A stretch of DNA of 63,784 bases, filler included, from Platydemus manokwari (GCA_037951405.1; 5 parts of 5 records of this genome joined end to end with filler, not necessarily neighbours in it); one strand, 5' to 3'. Positions 1-13,640 are shown, counted from the whole stretch's first letter. The notes: generated by a model not told the origin, from the sequence alone. Numbers and translations: made by a program.

Positions 1-254
1 TTGATGTATTGGCGAATAGATTTTTTGTTCTGTTGTAAACATGGCTTTTGATTTGAATATTAAAAATGAAGAAATTTCGGAAACTAACAATCGTAATTAA
101 TAATAAAAAATCAATAAAATATTTTCATTAATAATTTTATAATCAATATCAATCAATCGATATCTATATCATTGATATATTTAATTATTATCATTATTCG
201 AAATCATTATTAAATCATTGATAAATATCAAATCATTATTATTGATAAAATTAC

Positions 255-3200
255 TTTTTCGATTGAAGAATTTTCTTCTCAAAATTATATATTTTCTCTT
301 CATTATCATTATTATTATTATCATTAATACATTTACATTTTATTATACATTTATCTTCTGATGATAATTTGTCAAATGTTTTCATGAATAATCCAACGAT
401 TTCTTCATCAGCTTTAACATAAAGAAATAATAAATCAGTTTTTATATCGATTATCTCATTATTAAATGGTTTCCAATTCATTTCCGATTTTAATCTGGAA
501 AATTCATCAATAGCTTCATGATCATATTTGCCAATAGGACTTGAATTATTGGCTCTATAAATGACAATCTTCATACATTCCATTGGCATTCCAGCAATTA
601 TCCATGATGCACAAGCTTTGACCATAGCTCTCATCATCAATCGTTTACCGAATCCCTAAATATGCAGAAATAATCCATATAATAGGCTATTTTGATTTGT
701 TTAAATATATCGATCTATTATTTTCAACATGTTTAATAAAATAAAAACACACATCTCATAACTTGTAGACTATTTTCAAATTTGCTAAGCAATATAATTA
801 GTTTTTAATGGAATCTGTGAAATCAATATTTAATAAAACACAATAAATTGCCACAACTGGAAAATTCTGTAATCAATTTCTAGTTGTCAAAAAGCGATAA
901 TCAAGCAGATCAAATATTTATCAGATGAAATTAATTAAATATATTTTTAATCTATCACCCAGAAATTATAGACACACACATACACTCATGTATATACATG
1001 AAAAATTAAAATCAAAATTTTTCATAAGCTATATAAAGGGTACAAAAAACATTTGACGTTTATTAAAATAAATATTAAAATTAAAAGTAATTAATGCTTT
1101 ATTTGTCAATAGGATTTGCTAATAAGACATTGAAAACGCAAACTAATACTGAAAGATCATCCATTGTCATGTTTAGTATTTAAAAGAGCATTTCATGTAA
1201 TAGATAACATGTAAGATGTAGAATAAGTATGATGATAAGTAAAGTATAAGCAATAACCATTTAAATAACCTAGCGAACTCATATAGATCTCACAAGTACA
1301 TGTAGACACATGTTCGATTGAATCAAAAGAAAACAAATATTTATCAAATTAATCAGGAATTTCAAATCAGATGGATTAGAAATGCAAACAAATGAATTCT
1401 GGAATAATGAACGCTATATAAATCAGTACATTCGCAAAATGAGAGATTATGATACGATAATTGTTATTGCTTTTGGTGAAAAGGTTTATTTATAACAAAT
1501 CAGTGCAAGCTCATAAACAATTGATTAATTTGTGAACACAAGAATCATGATTTCAGATGAAGATGTCTTTCAGTTTGAAAATTCCTTTGCATTTACGATG
1601 AAAGTCAGCTTCGCAAATGATGAAGACATAACTCATAAAGAAAATATAAAAATCAAAATGAATAATTTGCTTAAATTTCACCAATGATTCTGAATCAATA
1701 TGAAAGAAAAATAATCGAAAACCAGCTAGATGTATCAAACGAGAGATAATGATAATCAATAATGTGGAAATGGAAATGCTGGAATATCCAACAATGAGAT
1801 TACAATAATGAAGAATACAAATGTAACATAGGTAATCATCATAGGTAATCGTCAAGTAATGAATGTTCTATCACACTAACCGAAGTTTGTTTCATAAACC
1901 AGCGCAAAAAGAATACACAATTATTTCATAGGTGAATTTGTTATGATAAAATCATTCGGAAATTATAACATCTGACTAATAGATGTCCCAATTAGTTATG
2001 ATAATTAAGAGCAGGGGTCTCCAAAGTACGGCCCGCCAAGCTTACTATGAAACACACGAACATTATGACAAAAATCTTGCTACAGGTCATGGTTGTCTGA
2101 TGAACATTTAAATGACTTATTAATGACTCATTTTGAACCCCAATTTTTGTAAACCTAGCATAGTTTTGGCCCTCCAAATTTTAAAAAATCAGCAATGTGG
2201 CCCTTTACTGAAAAAAGTTTGGAGACCCCTGATTAAGAGAATTAAATCAATCAGTGTGTGTGCCATTTATCGTAGAGTTAATTCAATAATTAAGAAGTAA
2301 TGGTTTTCCTTTTCTGAGCATTAATGCAAAAAAGTCAATAGATCTCGGATAAGCGAGTTAATCGGTTGAAGTTATGCAAAATGTATTACAGTATTAATAT
2401 AAAAATTGATTAGTTTGTTTTAACAAACTTCTCATTGCATTAGGTAAGGCCCCAATAACTAATCGAAGCTTGATGGACAAGTTATTGGCAAGCTTGATTT
2501 TTTAAGATTCTGTAGTCTACTCGGAGACACAGACAAGTCATAGCGAATTATTATAGAAGATATATTATTGTATTCATGTATATGATCTGAAGATAAATTC
2601 TGATAAATCCACTTCCTTTAGAAATAAGATCATGGAGTATGCGAGAATTAGATCAGAAATTTGGACAAAATTACACAAAACATGAATACTGAGAGCAAAA
2701 ATGCGTCACGGAATTAAAATGAACTATTTTTTGAACTATCAAATTCCTATAACAGGTTTATTAAAGATTGTGCGCATCTTTATACATCGAGATGTATTGA
2801 GATGACAAACCCATACAATCGACTATGTTATGTAATAAGAGGTTTAATAAAGGAATTAAGGCTACCAGAATTAATGGGAAACTAGAATATTTGCCATTGA
2901 TTATGGTGCTAGTTTTATAGGCTTACTTTTTAAAGTAATGAAAAATGGTAATAAAGTCAAATGGTCGTAAAATCTGTCAATTAACAACAAGGAACCACTT
3001 GCTCTATCCAAGTTTGTTGTTCATATCTTAGCTTTACGAAAAGATATTCATCAATTGAATCAGATAACAAGATATTGGTTTTCTTGAATACATATAACAG
3101 GCCCATCAACACTCTGTTCTGGTTGACTGGATGGCCAGAAGGATTCCATAAAGCAATATAAAAGCAAGAGTACCAAAACAGCATAGATTATTTATAAAGT

Positions 3201-4178
3201 ACTGGTAAAACACCGTGTGTATTGCTCCAAGCGAATCACAGAGAATACAAAATTGGAAAACCAAATCCATGGCAACAGATTCAAAAGAATTCAGTGCTTG
3301 TATAAAGGATTATAGAAGAACAGCAACCTAATATTCTGAGTTTGAATGCAATGTTTTTTCCCAATTTTTATGATTTATAAATGATTATTGAATCAAAAGC
3401 CAAACCTCATAAAATGGGACAAGTTTTAAATTAATGATATTATTTGATTTTTTTGAACTTAAATAATAATTAATTAATGATATGATTCATCCGATTTATT
3501 TTTATCGCAATTAAATTACTAATTTAACAAAATAAATCCAATCGTTCTTATACTAGCCTATATAAGAAATATAATGAATGAAACCTGATTGCCAGTTGCA
3601 AGTATTGGTGTTATCATTGACCATTCTTTTTTACGGAATGTTGTAAACAATGCTCGAAAAACTGCACCCACTAATGCAGCTGGATTCTCTAAAATAGTTT
3701 CAGTTGACTGATTGTTTATCCCTTGTTCAAAACAAAGAATTCGTCTGATAGACATTATAACAATATCAATTGGTATAGGAAATTTAAATACCTATAGGGT
3801 AAATCAACTGGAAGAGCCTTCGAAATCCAGCAATGAAAATTATTTCGTAAATCTTCGGCTTTCTCCAGTGATAGCGATTCGATTGATAATTTCAAATCAT
3901 TGTATAATGCACCAATCAAAGTATCTTCTATGGGTTCGTAATCACCTAAATTCATCATTAATACTAAGTATATTTAGACATTTGTTATAAGAATTTTTAA
4001 TTCCGAAAATATTAACGATGTAAAACCATTAAAAACCATTAAACACACTTGGAAAAGCTGAAACCAACAAAAGATCAACTTCAGAGTGTTTCGATAATTT
4101 TGTAATATCACCCAAATAAAGTTCAATTTTTCTTAATTTACTATTAATCTGAAAATTTATAGATTCACATAACTCCAT
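255..4178 (-). CDS. Macro-domain + TIR-like protein, 5' four exons; gene continues beyond the left edge of the window
   Basis: Exons 4178-4049, 3945-3792, 3744-3585 and 655-255 have GT-AG boundaries with consistent phases (1, 2, 0; a phase-2 GTAATT donor at 254). Spliced protein: MELCESINFQINSKLRKIELYLGDITKLSKHSEVDLLLVSAFPSDYEPIEDTLIGALYNDLKLSIESLSLEKAEDLRNNFHCWISKALPVDLPYRRILCFEQG...SMITPILATGNQGFGKRLMMRAMVKACASWIIAGMPMECMKIVIY...TDLLFLYVKADEEIV...ILQSK. Macro motifs: GDIT, VDLLLVSA, LIGAL, PILATGNQG. The distal segment resembles TIR betaA-alphaA. Confidence 0.8.
2012..2231. mobile_element. hAT (Charlie/Buster-type) non-autonomous element / MITE, 220 bp, inside intron 3 of the Macro-TIR gene
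   Basis: Perfect 14-bp terminal inverted repeats CAGGGGTCTCCAAA...TTTGGAGACCCCTG. Perfect 8-bp TSD ATTAAGAG at 2004-2011 and 2232-2239. Confidence 0.92.
2400..3330 (+). mobile_element. Possible highly decayed LTR-retrotransposon pol remnant
   Basis: Purine-rich, coding-like but broken sequence with fragments such as GWPE and NPWQQI, reminiscent of the Gypsy pre-integrase/integrase region. No intact ORF. Confidence 0.3.
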
Positions 4179-7100
4179 GGTTCAATACTTAATAATTACA
4201 TTCAATTCAAACATCAAAATTTAATTAAATATAATTTACTCGATTTTAACAAACGCTTATTTGAAGAAATTAAGTTAGAAAATTTAAAATTATTAAGCTA
4301 ATAAAAAAAATATTAAATGTTTCTTATTTATAAAAAATTATCTTGATGTGAGGAAATAAAGTTCATTAAAATACTAAGAAATTATTTACAGAGATTATTT
4401 GTGCGTGATGATAAAATAAATAAAATGCCAACTGATCCTAGGAAATTTAAAAAAATACTTATACGACTGAAAGTCAATGATTTCCTTAAAACAAATAGTC
4501 AGTTCAGACAACATTGTAATAATAAAATACATTCAAATAATTTATAGAACATTTCTTTACAATGCTGACACGATAAAATTCACGCGTGTATCACAAAAGA
4601 GCTCGGTAAAAAACCAAAAGGAACATGTTGTAATTTTTTAATTGGTTAAATGATCTCACTAGTATGTGAGAGCTTATTTTTCTTAAGCTTACAATTACTT
4701 ATATATAAAATTTGGTATATGAATTCCAAAGATGCGATCTTTTAGAACCTTTAATTAGGTGTGGATTAAGTTTTGTTGTTACTTATTCTTATTAAATATT
4801 GCTTATAATTATCAGAGCTTAAATTCTAGCGATCGTTTCTAAATTTATCCAAGTTTATCTTTTTCTATACCAAAGCTTTAAAAGTCAATATCCTCGAAAA
4901 TAAGTTTTTCGTTAGCGAATTTTATCAGGTAAATTTTTAAGATTGAATTATGATAGAAATCCATCAGCTTATATAGATGCTGAGATGCTTAAATAGATAG
5001 GATTTTCTGTTACTCTTGTAAATTTTAATTTTTTTAATACTTTGTCCCTTAATTATTTATTATTTTATTAATTTGGTTGGAATTATAAATTTTACTATAT
5101 TATATGTCAACCTTTAAAATTTATAATTAAAACTCTTTTTTATTCCTTCCTTATTTATAATTATAATTATTGGATTTATAAATTATATATACATATATTA
5201 TTGACATATTTTATTTACAAATTTAAATTCAAACTTTTTGCAAATAAAAAACACAAAATTTGTCACAATAAAACGGAATCATAAAAACTCAATCGAATAA
5301 AAAATTGTGATTAGTTGTCACGTAAATTCAAAGATCGAATCGAATAAATGAATGAATTGGGAGAAATACCTGTGGAATTCTTGCAAACTATTACATGTCC
5401 AAATCCACGCTACAATTTCTCATACCGCAAGTCTCCCATTTTGGATTAGGTTTAATTGGGTCTTGTTTCAATTCTCTTTTTAAATTCATCTTATTGGGAT
5501 GGTGTTGCTTGGTGCTGTTTATGTTTTTCCCTGGCTATTTTGCTCTTCCATTCACCATATGAACTGATGGTAACAAGAGCTTTTTCTTCCCTTTCTCCTC
5601 GCTATCTGAGTACAGCATCAGTCGATCAATGCTTTCCCAACATCACCAAATGTTACTATATTTTTTACGTTATAATTTTAGGGCGAACTTTACGAATATG
5701 TTGCCGCTAATATATTAGTTATATGTGATTTTTATTATTCTGGGGATTTTTTAGGAATTTTATAGTTGAAATTTTTGTCCTCTTTATTGTTTAATAGATA
5801 TTTTCGGTATTTTATTGATTTGTTTAATTCTATTTCTGATTATTATTCGATTTTTAGTCATTTTACCATTTATGGATTTATAATTAGTCATTTTTGTGAA
5901 AAAATCTAGCTATTAATTAAAATTTTATTTATTAATTATAATTATCTGTTTATTAGTAATAACCATTCTTCATTGTAAAGGGTATACCCAACATGTATAT
6001 AAAGTGGAATATTCAATAATAATGATGTATTTTGGGGTTGCACTTAATTCATTTGAATTATCAGTCTTTATATTGAATTCTACTGTGGATCAATGCCGAC
6101 TTGATCAGTCTCTGTGAGCTCTGACCAACCCCTTAAGGTACACAATTTAAACCTTAACTTATTGTTTTTATTTTTCACCTCACTATCAATACTATATGAA
6201 GATAGTATGATAGGCAGCAATGATCCAATTAATAAATTTATCAGTCTCAAAATGTATTTTATCTTCAATCAGTCTCAAATTTCAATATCCTTATCCTATA
6301 GCCTACGTAACAACTTATGTCTACAATATGTTTATTAGCGATACAAAATTATACAATTATACAATTATAAAAATGTTTTGTTTTACAACTATTAATATAC
6401 ACCGAAATTAAATAACCTAGACGATGACGCTTACAATTCTGGAAAAGATTACGGTTGCAAACTTCAACTCTAGAAGCCGAACCTTAACCTGCAAGATATT
6501 TGAGACAAAGCTCTATAATAAGTTGATAGCGCGATATTCTATATATAGTATTGATTATGATTTTACACAAAAATCTAACTCACTAAGCTTGATGGCAAAG
6601 AAACGAATTCGAAGGGCATAAACTTGAACAAATCTACTTTGTGGCAAACGTATTCTCAAAATCAATGTTTTCTTTTTTCGTAAATCTTCTTACACAACCT
6701 AGTGGTTTCTTAGAATGGGCGAGCTGTAATGATTAAAACTCCTATTTATATGGTTTGAATGTCGGCGCTTTTATTCCTCCAAAATAAAATATTTTGTTAC
6801 ATTTTCCGAAAAAATTCCCTCATATTTAATTTATAAATTTCCTTTTAGTTTTCCCGCTATTATGTTTCTTGCCATAAAATTAACCATATATTCAAATTAT
6901 ATTCCATTTTAAATATATATCAGAATAAATTGTTACATAAAATAATATATATTTTTTCTTTCAGAACTGCGAACATTTAAAATCATCGTCGCGTAAAAAT
7001 ATATCGCTACAATGCGATTAAAATAAAATTTACAATATCGCTACAGTGCGAATAAAATAGAATAAAATAAAATAGTTGCTTCATGCAATAGCAACTATGT

Positions 7101-7269
7101 TTCGATTTTCAACAATATCATAAAAAATTTATCAACATCAGGCGTCGATGTTGAAAATGGTTGAAAATCGTTACAATATTTATTACAACTAATTATAAAA
7201 ATTATATACCATATATATCGATATTATACTTTATACATTCAATACCACATTGTCATTGTTAATATTGTC

Positions 7270-8560
7270 AATTTTGTTGGAACCCCAACATAAAGAAAAG
7301 TCTAATGTATTTAGAGTTCATATGGAAGCAGAAAAGAATATATTGAGAAAGACGAATTATTAGCATAAGAAAATAGAAAATATCAAAAATAATAATAAGA
7401 AAAAGTGCAGGAGAAATGACAGGAAGACATGACAAATAACAGATCCATAAAGGAAGGAAAGCCAAGAAATATATAATGACCACGAAGAACTTTATGAATA
7501 TTACCCTTAAGAATTAATGAAGAATCCAATCGAAAGTCAGAAAACATGTGTATCGCCACAAACGAATCTTGAAATAACGGATTAAATATATCAAAAATTC
7601 TAAAGGCAAACCGTTAAATTGTAAAAATATGGTAAAAAATATCCTAGTGTGAATTAATAGTCTAATGAGCATGCAACAGGTCCCAAAAAAGGTCATACCA
7701 ATAATCAATAATATAACCAAATCACTAGATGTTATAATCAGCAACATGATCAGCACCAATAATATCAATACAAAAAATATGTCTGAATCTATAACAAATC
7801 TCTAAATGGGAAAAGACATAAAATAACATGAACAATAATCCGTCAATTATTGCGAATCATAAATTAATCTCGCACCTTTAAATCTAATGAAAGAGAAGAC
7901 ACGCATAGACTATGCGATCTTACAAATTTAATTAATAATTTAATTATAGAAATGCCACATTCTAATAATAAATTAGAGTTTACAGAAAGGATGCAAGAAG
8001 TAAGTGAGGGAGATAAAACAGCATGATGAATACCAATAACGCTTAAAACATTAACCAATGAAGTTGACAAAGGAATATAGATATAGAATTGAAAGAAAAA
8101 ATTAATAAATGATGATTTTTAACAAGGTTGGACATCAATAACTAGCACCTAATCAAGAGATGTATGGAAACTAGTATGAGCACAACAGATACATAATAAC
8201 TATAATAATGGAAGCAATATTTGCAACGCATGTGATAAACGCTGTAAGAAGAGTAAACGCAAAATAAGTGAATACAACAGAAATGGAGGAATATTCATCA
8301 TTAAATATAGATCAGTGCTCATAAGCATGCACAGTAAATATAGCACAACTAAGACGGAAAGAAAAATGAGCTTATCAAAAGATAGAGTTTCTTTTTTGAC
8401 AAGCGAAAGTGTACAATTTTGTGTATCATGAAACCCTTTTCAATGCTCATATAAGAGAGTGGGTTATGTACTAGTGGGTTCCATAATATTGATTTATATA
8501 AGGAATTTAAAGAAGCTCAAAAATTAAGTAGAAAATAATGCAGTATTCCTATTTAAATTC
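7270..8560 (+). mobile_element. Possible highly decayed LTR-retrotransposon internal region
   Basis: Strong A-rich strand bias and broken coding-like segments (e.g. IVNY...INLAPL, similar to the RT thumb region). Many stops. Confidence 0.25.
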
Positions 8561-9070
8561 GTTAGTGATCATTGTTATTATGACTCCAGTAGGTGTAGGT
8601 CTTTAATAGAAATATAACATTATTATATTTTTATAAATGAATAAAGTGAAGGCCAATATTTCACTAAAATGAAATGTTTGACATATGACATAATGATAAA
8701 ACAGCTAATAGAATAAATAATCAGGTTTAAATTAAAATTTATTAAATTGATTAGTTATTGATTCTATTATTGTTTGAATTTCAAATTAAAGATGTTGGAT
8801 CCCCATAATACCCATTTAGTTTGAATAAAAGTCCAAAAAATAAAACAAAAAACAGAAATCCAAAAAAAGCCCAAATCTATATAAATATAAATCGTATAAA
8901 GTTATATTGTAACCCAGTTAGGATTCCCGTATGTGTAAAATATTGTAACCCAGTTAATCTTTGAGTATGGATTGGTAATAGCTCGAATATGAGAAGCTAG
9001 AATGAGAAAATGATGTCAACAGTTCGCCTCAGAACACAATCCCAAAACAATGCAACAATCCAAAAAGAAA

Positions 9071-9248
9071 CAATTCACTTTGTGTTATAACAATATTGAT
9101 ATTATGTGTTTGACATTAACATTTACATGAAATATTATGTGTCTTAATATTTTTATTCTCAATTCACTTTATGTTATAACAATATTGATATTATGTGCTT
9201 GACATTAACATTTACATGAAATATTATGTGTCTTAATATTTTTATTCT
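9071..9248. repeat. Direct tandem duplication, two copies of an 89-bp unit
   Basis: CAATTCACTTT(G/A)TGTTATAACAATATTGATATTATGTG...TTTTATTCT occurs at 9071-9159 and 9160-9248 with few mismatches. Confidence 0.9.
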
Positions 9249-9375
9249 TTGTTTTTTAATTTTTATTTTTTGTTGTGAAAATCCGGTGGAGGATTAAGAG
9301 AGAGAAAAACGCGGAAAGTTTAAAATAAATAAATAATTAATATAATAAAGATAATTAATATAATAAAGATAATTA

Positions 9376-9475
9376 NNNNNNNNNNNNNNNNNNNNNNNNN
9401 NNNNNNNNNNNNNNNNNNNTTAATTAATTAANNNNNNNNNNNNNNNNNNNNNNNNNNNNNNNNNNNNNNNNNNNN
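9376..9475. other. Synthetic contig spacer N44-TTAATTAATTAA-N44 (assembly artefact)
   Basis: Identical 100-nt structure at 9376, 28418, 43488 and 54776. The central 12-mer puts stop codons in all six frames. Confidence 0.97.
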
Positions 9476-10061
9476 TTGAGAGATATTCTCAATGTTTACA
9501 ATTATTTTATAAAAATAACCAATAATATTATTAAACATGTCTGTAATTAACTGGATTTATAATTTTAAAAATTTCAATTTCAAAACTAAATTTATCATTT
9601 TGAAGTGTAGCGATTAGAATAGGAACATAATTTTAAAACTATGTTTTGTCTCTATAAGACATCCTAAAAAATGAGATATTAACTGAATTATACGAATAAA
9701 TCAAACATAGAATAATAATTATTTCAGAAAATTATCTTATGTGCCAAAATTCATTACTACGAAAATTGGTCAAAGGATCCGCTTTCTAAACTTAAGCTTT
9801 ATTTTTAAGGCTTTTAGAAAACTTGATAAAATAGAATAAATTACAAAAAAATTTTGAAAATCGATTATTTCAGGATTTTTAAGTTTTTATAAATAATATT
9901 TTCAATTAATAATCAAAAATACTGTAAATAATCTGTTCGAATATTTTGCTTAAATATACTTAAGTGGGTTTTACTTCTTAAATCGTATTCAATTAACATA
10001 TTATTTTTTCTAATAAATGCTTAACCTAATATAATTTGTATTTTGCTCATAATACTTCTAG

Positions 10062-10152
10062 GTTTCCCAAGTCTCCTTTAGACATACGTACATCTGACAC
10101 ACACAAACCCAGATACACAAAGGGAGAAATTATCGTAAATAAGATTTATTAA
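10062..10152 (+). CDS. Possible terminal exon of an unidentified gene (FPKSPLDIRTSDTHKPRYTKGEIIVNKIY*)
   Basis: Pyrimidine-rich acceptor TACTTCTAG, then a locally GC-richer open frame to TAA. No recognisable homology. Confidence 0.25.
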
Positions 10153-12149
10153 TCATCAACGAATGGTGGTAGAAAAATCTCACAAGGATAAAGTTGACAT
10201 TGATTGAGAAATGAATTGAATAGCATTTCATAAAATCCCGACAAATCTTGTTTGTTAAGTCGGGTTCATTTGGAGCTATCAATAACAATGTGGTTTATGA
10301 TTGGAAATTTATTTTTCATTAATAAATTGATTTTATGCTAGAAATTGAAACGGGAAAATCTGTTAATGAAGAATGACTGGCAAAAATTATCGTTATTGTT
10401 TCAATAAAATTTGGCTTCAGTTTCCAATTCTTCCATTTCAAAAGAACAAACTCCCAGTACAATATCCAGTGGAGAGATTTGTCTATTAAAATGATTGATT
10501 TTTTGCTCTATTTTAACTTCGGATTTAATTTTTTCTGTAAAATTTTATGTGTTCAGAGAGAGAGAGAAGTTATTATTATTATAATCTTATCACCCGATAG
10601 TTGGAATTGATTTTTAGGAGATTTTTGAAAATGGTGTTTAGTGAAAATTATTTTTTTTTTCATTTGATTTTTAAAAATAGAAGTGATAACTCAATAGATT
10701 TTGATGGTGAAAGTCAATATTATCTTGTTTTCATATTATCTTGTTTTCATATTTTCAAGAAATCCTATTGTGATTTGTTAAAGCGAGCTATTTTAGAAAT
10801 TGTTAATATTAGAGCATTTATAGAGAAACAAGATATTGATTTTGATGACGAAATAATGTTGGATGAAATATTAGATCTGTTCATTTGGAGAAAACAGTAG
10901 GAAAACTAAATGATTGGGTATAATGGAAATAGATTTCATTTACAAATGCCAATCATGTAATGATTATCTTTACCAGATCAAGGTATATTGGTAATATTGG
11001 AACACATCAATTTATCAAATAACTATGGATTATGTCTCTTATATGATGATAATAATAAAGACAATTATAATAAAACAATAATTATAATATTAATAAAATT
11101 GATGAAAATTATTAAAGTAATAATATCTGTGATGATTTTAAAATCAAATTATTATCTGAATTATCATTCTAAATATAAAATATATTGATATTACAAAATT
11201 TAAATGATCAATTTAATTTAGCTTAATATTTTTGATTAAATATATTTTGATGGTTTGAAATACTAAAATTCGTTCTCAATGTTTATTTTATGAAAAAATA
11301 GTAGGCAATAATACCAAAGATAATAATTATTCAACAATAATATTAATAGTAATTATTATTATTTTATAATTTTGTAAATTATATAAAAAACAAACTTAAA
11401 ACAAATTTTAAAAAGTAAATACAATAAAAATATTTCGTTTTAAGAAAAGAAATTAGTTATCGTGTCTTAGTTTTAATTAATGACGAAAATTATTACATCG
11501 ATAATGTCGTTAGTTAATGTTTCAAAACTCTAGAGATCAAGGTCATCATCGTAGTATTGTTTAAGATATCGTAATCCCCAGATTTCTTGTTCATCTTTTG
11601 ATCTCTAAAATGAAACGTCTTATTTGTATTTATTCGAATTGTTTAATGCCAACACAATCAGTAAGTATTCGCCATTTATTATCGATTTATTTCGATTAAT
11701 AACACTCAAATATTTTAAAATTTCATTTATTTTCATTTGGATAAATTGATGGTTTAAGATATTCAGTATTTGACAATTTTGACAATTTAATTTGACTTGA
11801 CAGTTCTAGATCGACTAACAATTACAGGTCATGAAAACTACTCCTTGATATAGCCGAACATAAAATAACAATTCTTTGGTAAAATTTTCAACTAATTAAT
11901 TGATTTTATTAGACCGGGCAAAATTCACTACACATGTTTTCGTCCAGTGGTTCAGACACTATTGAGCTCTTTAAATTTTCTCGGCACATTTATCACAAAA
12001 AATAAATATTTTCTACTCATAAAGACTTTTTCCAATGAATTAATATAAGACAAAGAAGATCATATAAGGAGAATTTTTATTCACAATGTGAGGTTTAAAA
12101 TTTAAATAAATTTAAATGAATTATATTAAAAATATTTAATATTTATCTT

Positions 12150-12383
12150 GGTCAAACAATTACTGTAACCTCTCAAAAATTTTGAAATAATTTATAAAAT
12201 TTTTAAAAATTGCAATGGGTTAAAAAACAATTTTTATATTAATTAAAATTGAATTATTAAAGAAGGTTAAAAATAAAAGAATATATATTTGAAAAATATG
12301 TAATATGAAATGTATATTTTTTGTAAGTTGAGAATTATGACTTTTGAATCCAACATAAAAAACGAAGAAGTGTTAGCAACTGA
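12150..12383 (+). repeat. Dispersed repeat, homologous in inverted orientation to 16579-16820
   Basis: Shared blocks ATTACTGTAA(C/T)CTCTCAA and GAAGAAGTGTTAGC(A/C)ACT. Confidence 0.7.
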
Positions 12384-12384
12384 C

Positions 12385-13640
12385 ACACGCATGAATGCAA
12401 CATATCCTGTATTCAATACCGGGTCTGGAATAATAATGGTGAATGGAAGTGAGACAGTTGTACCTGATGCTTCTTCACTACTGCTTCAAATTTTGGGTGA
12501 ATGTGAGAAAGACATACTCTTTTTTTATGTAAGTTTTTTATGTAAGAAAATTCCAGTTCAAAGAGTTACGAATTTGAGAATTTCAGCAAGACTTGGATGA
12601 CTTTTTTTTTACTAAAACTCTTCCATAACAGAAATCCAAAAAGTGTCTAATTGCAGTTGAGCACAATTTAATTTGCGTTCCCAATCACTGGAAAAACTCG
12701 TTAGTTCCTTTTCTTCACATAATTTAAAGTTGAAAAGGAATGCGAATTCAATTAAATTCTTCAATGCTTATAGAGAAGAAATATTCTTCAATTTTATTTT
12801 CCAAAATTCCCAAAAGCTCACTAATAATGAGAATCATTTCGGTAACGCAGGTTTTTGAGTACTGATGGAAACATATCCAAATAGTTTATCATCATTCTAT
12901 TCTTCCAAAATGCAGTTTTTCTAAAAAAGTAAGTAATTTATCTGTTGCGTAGGAATATTTTCATTTCTGCCTTGCATATTGCTATTCAGAATATTGAGGT
13001 ATCCAAATATCTCAATTAAGTACTCAATTTTGGACATCCACAATTCATTTTTAAGGAATTTACAAAATATATCAAGCTTTTCATTTTCAAAAATATAAAA
13101 AGTTCTTTCTGGAGCTCAATTACTCGAGATAGCACCTTTCTTTTCGATACCCATCTTATGTCAGTGTGCAATAATAAAAGGATATAATGAGAACCCATAT
13201 CTTTGCACAGTAACTCAAAAACTCTGGACTTCAACGGCCGAGTTTTTATGAAATTCACCATTTCAATCACCGGATTCAATGCCTCCTTTAGTTCATTTTT
13301 TGTTATCTTTGAAATTAGTCCTTCTCTGTGTAAGAAACAATGAGTTCGCACGATGTTAGAATTATGCTTTTCTACTAAAGACGAAACACCTTTAACAGAA
13401 CCAACCATTGATGGTGCTGCATCGGTACATGTTTCCACACATATATTCCAGGATAAGCCTTAATTTTCCAAATATAGTGTGATTGTATCAAAAATATCTT
13501 GGCCTTTTGTAGTTGCGGCTAAATTGTTGCAGTATATAAATTGATTAATTATGGTACCTTCATCGATGACACGTATAAATAGAAATAAATGTCTATGGTT
13601 ACGGATGTCAAAGAATTCACCGATTTGGAGAGTATAGATT
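12385..13640 (-). pseudogene. Decayed hAT transposase (Buster/ZBED5/SCAND3-like)
   Basis: CTDAAPSMVG, THCFLHRE, VNFIKTRPLKSRVF and LLLHTDIRWVS motifs in ORF 13016-13438. Upstream YTLQIGEFFDI is a degenerate FSLQLDESTDI. Frameshifts and stops are present. Confidence 0.9.

Noticed and set aside
5974-6801. TG...CA-bounded segment as a solo LTR
   Set aside because: No matching TSD, and no PBS, PPT or second copy found.
9420-9431. Palindromic TTAATTAATTAA repeated four times as a possible biological motif or repeat array
   Set aside because: Always centred in identical N44 flanks. It is a synthetic six-frame stop linker.
10601-10990. ORF 10601-10900 and the following CxxC fragment as a gene
   Set aside because: In-frame stops, no recognisable domain and no consistent splice chain. 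It may be a decayed repeat.
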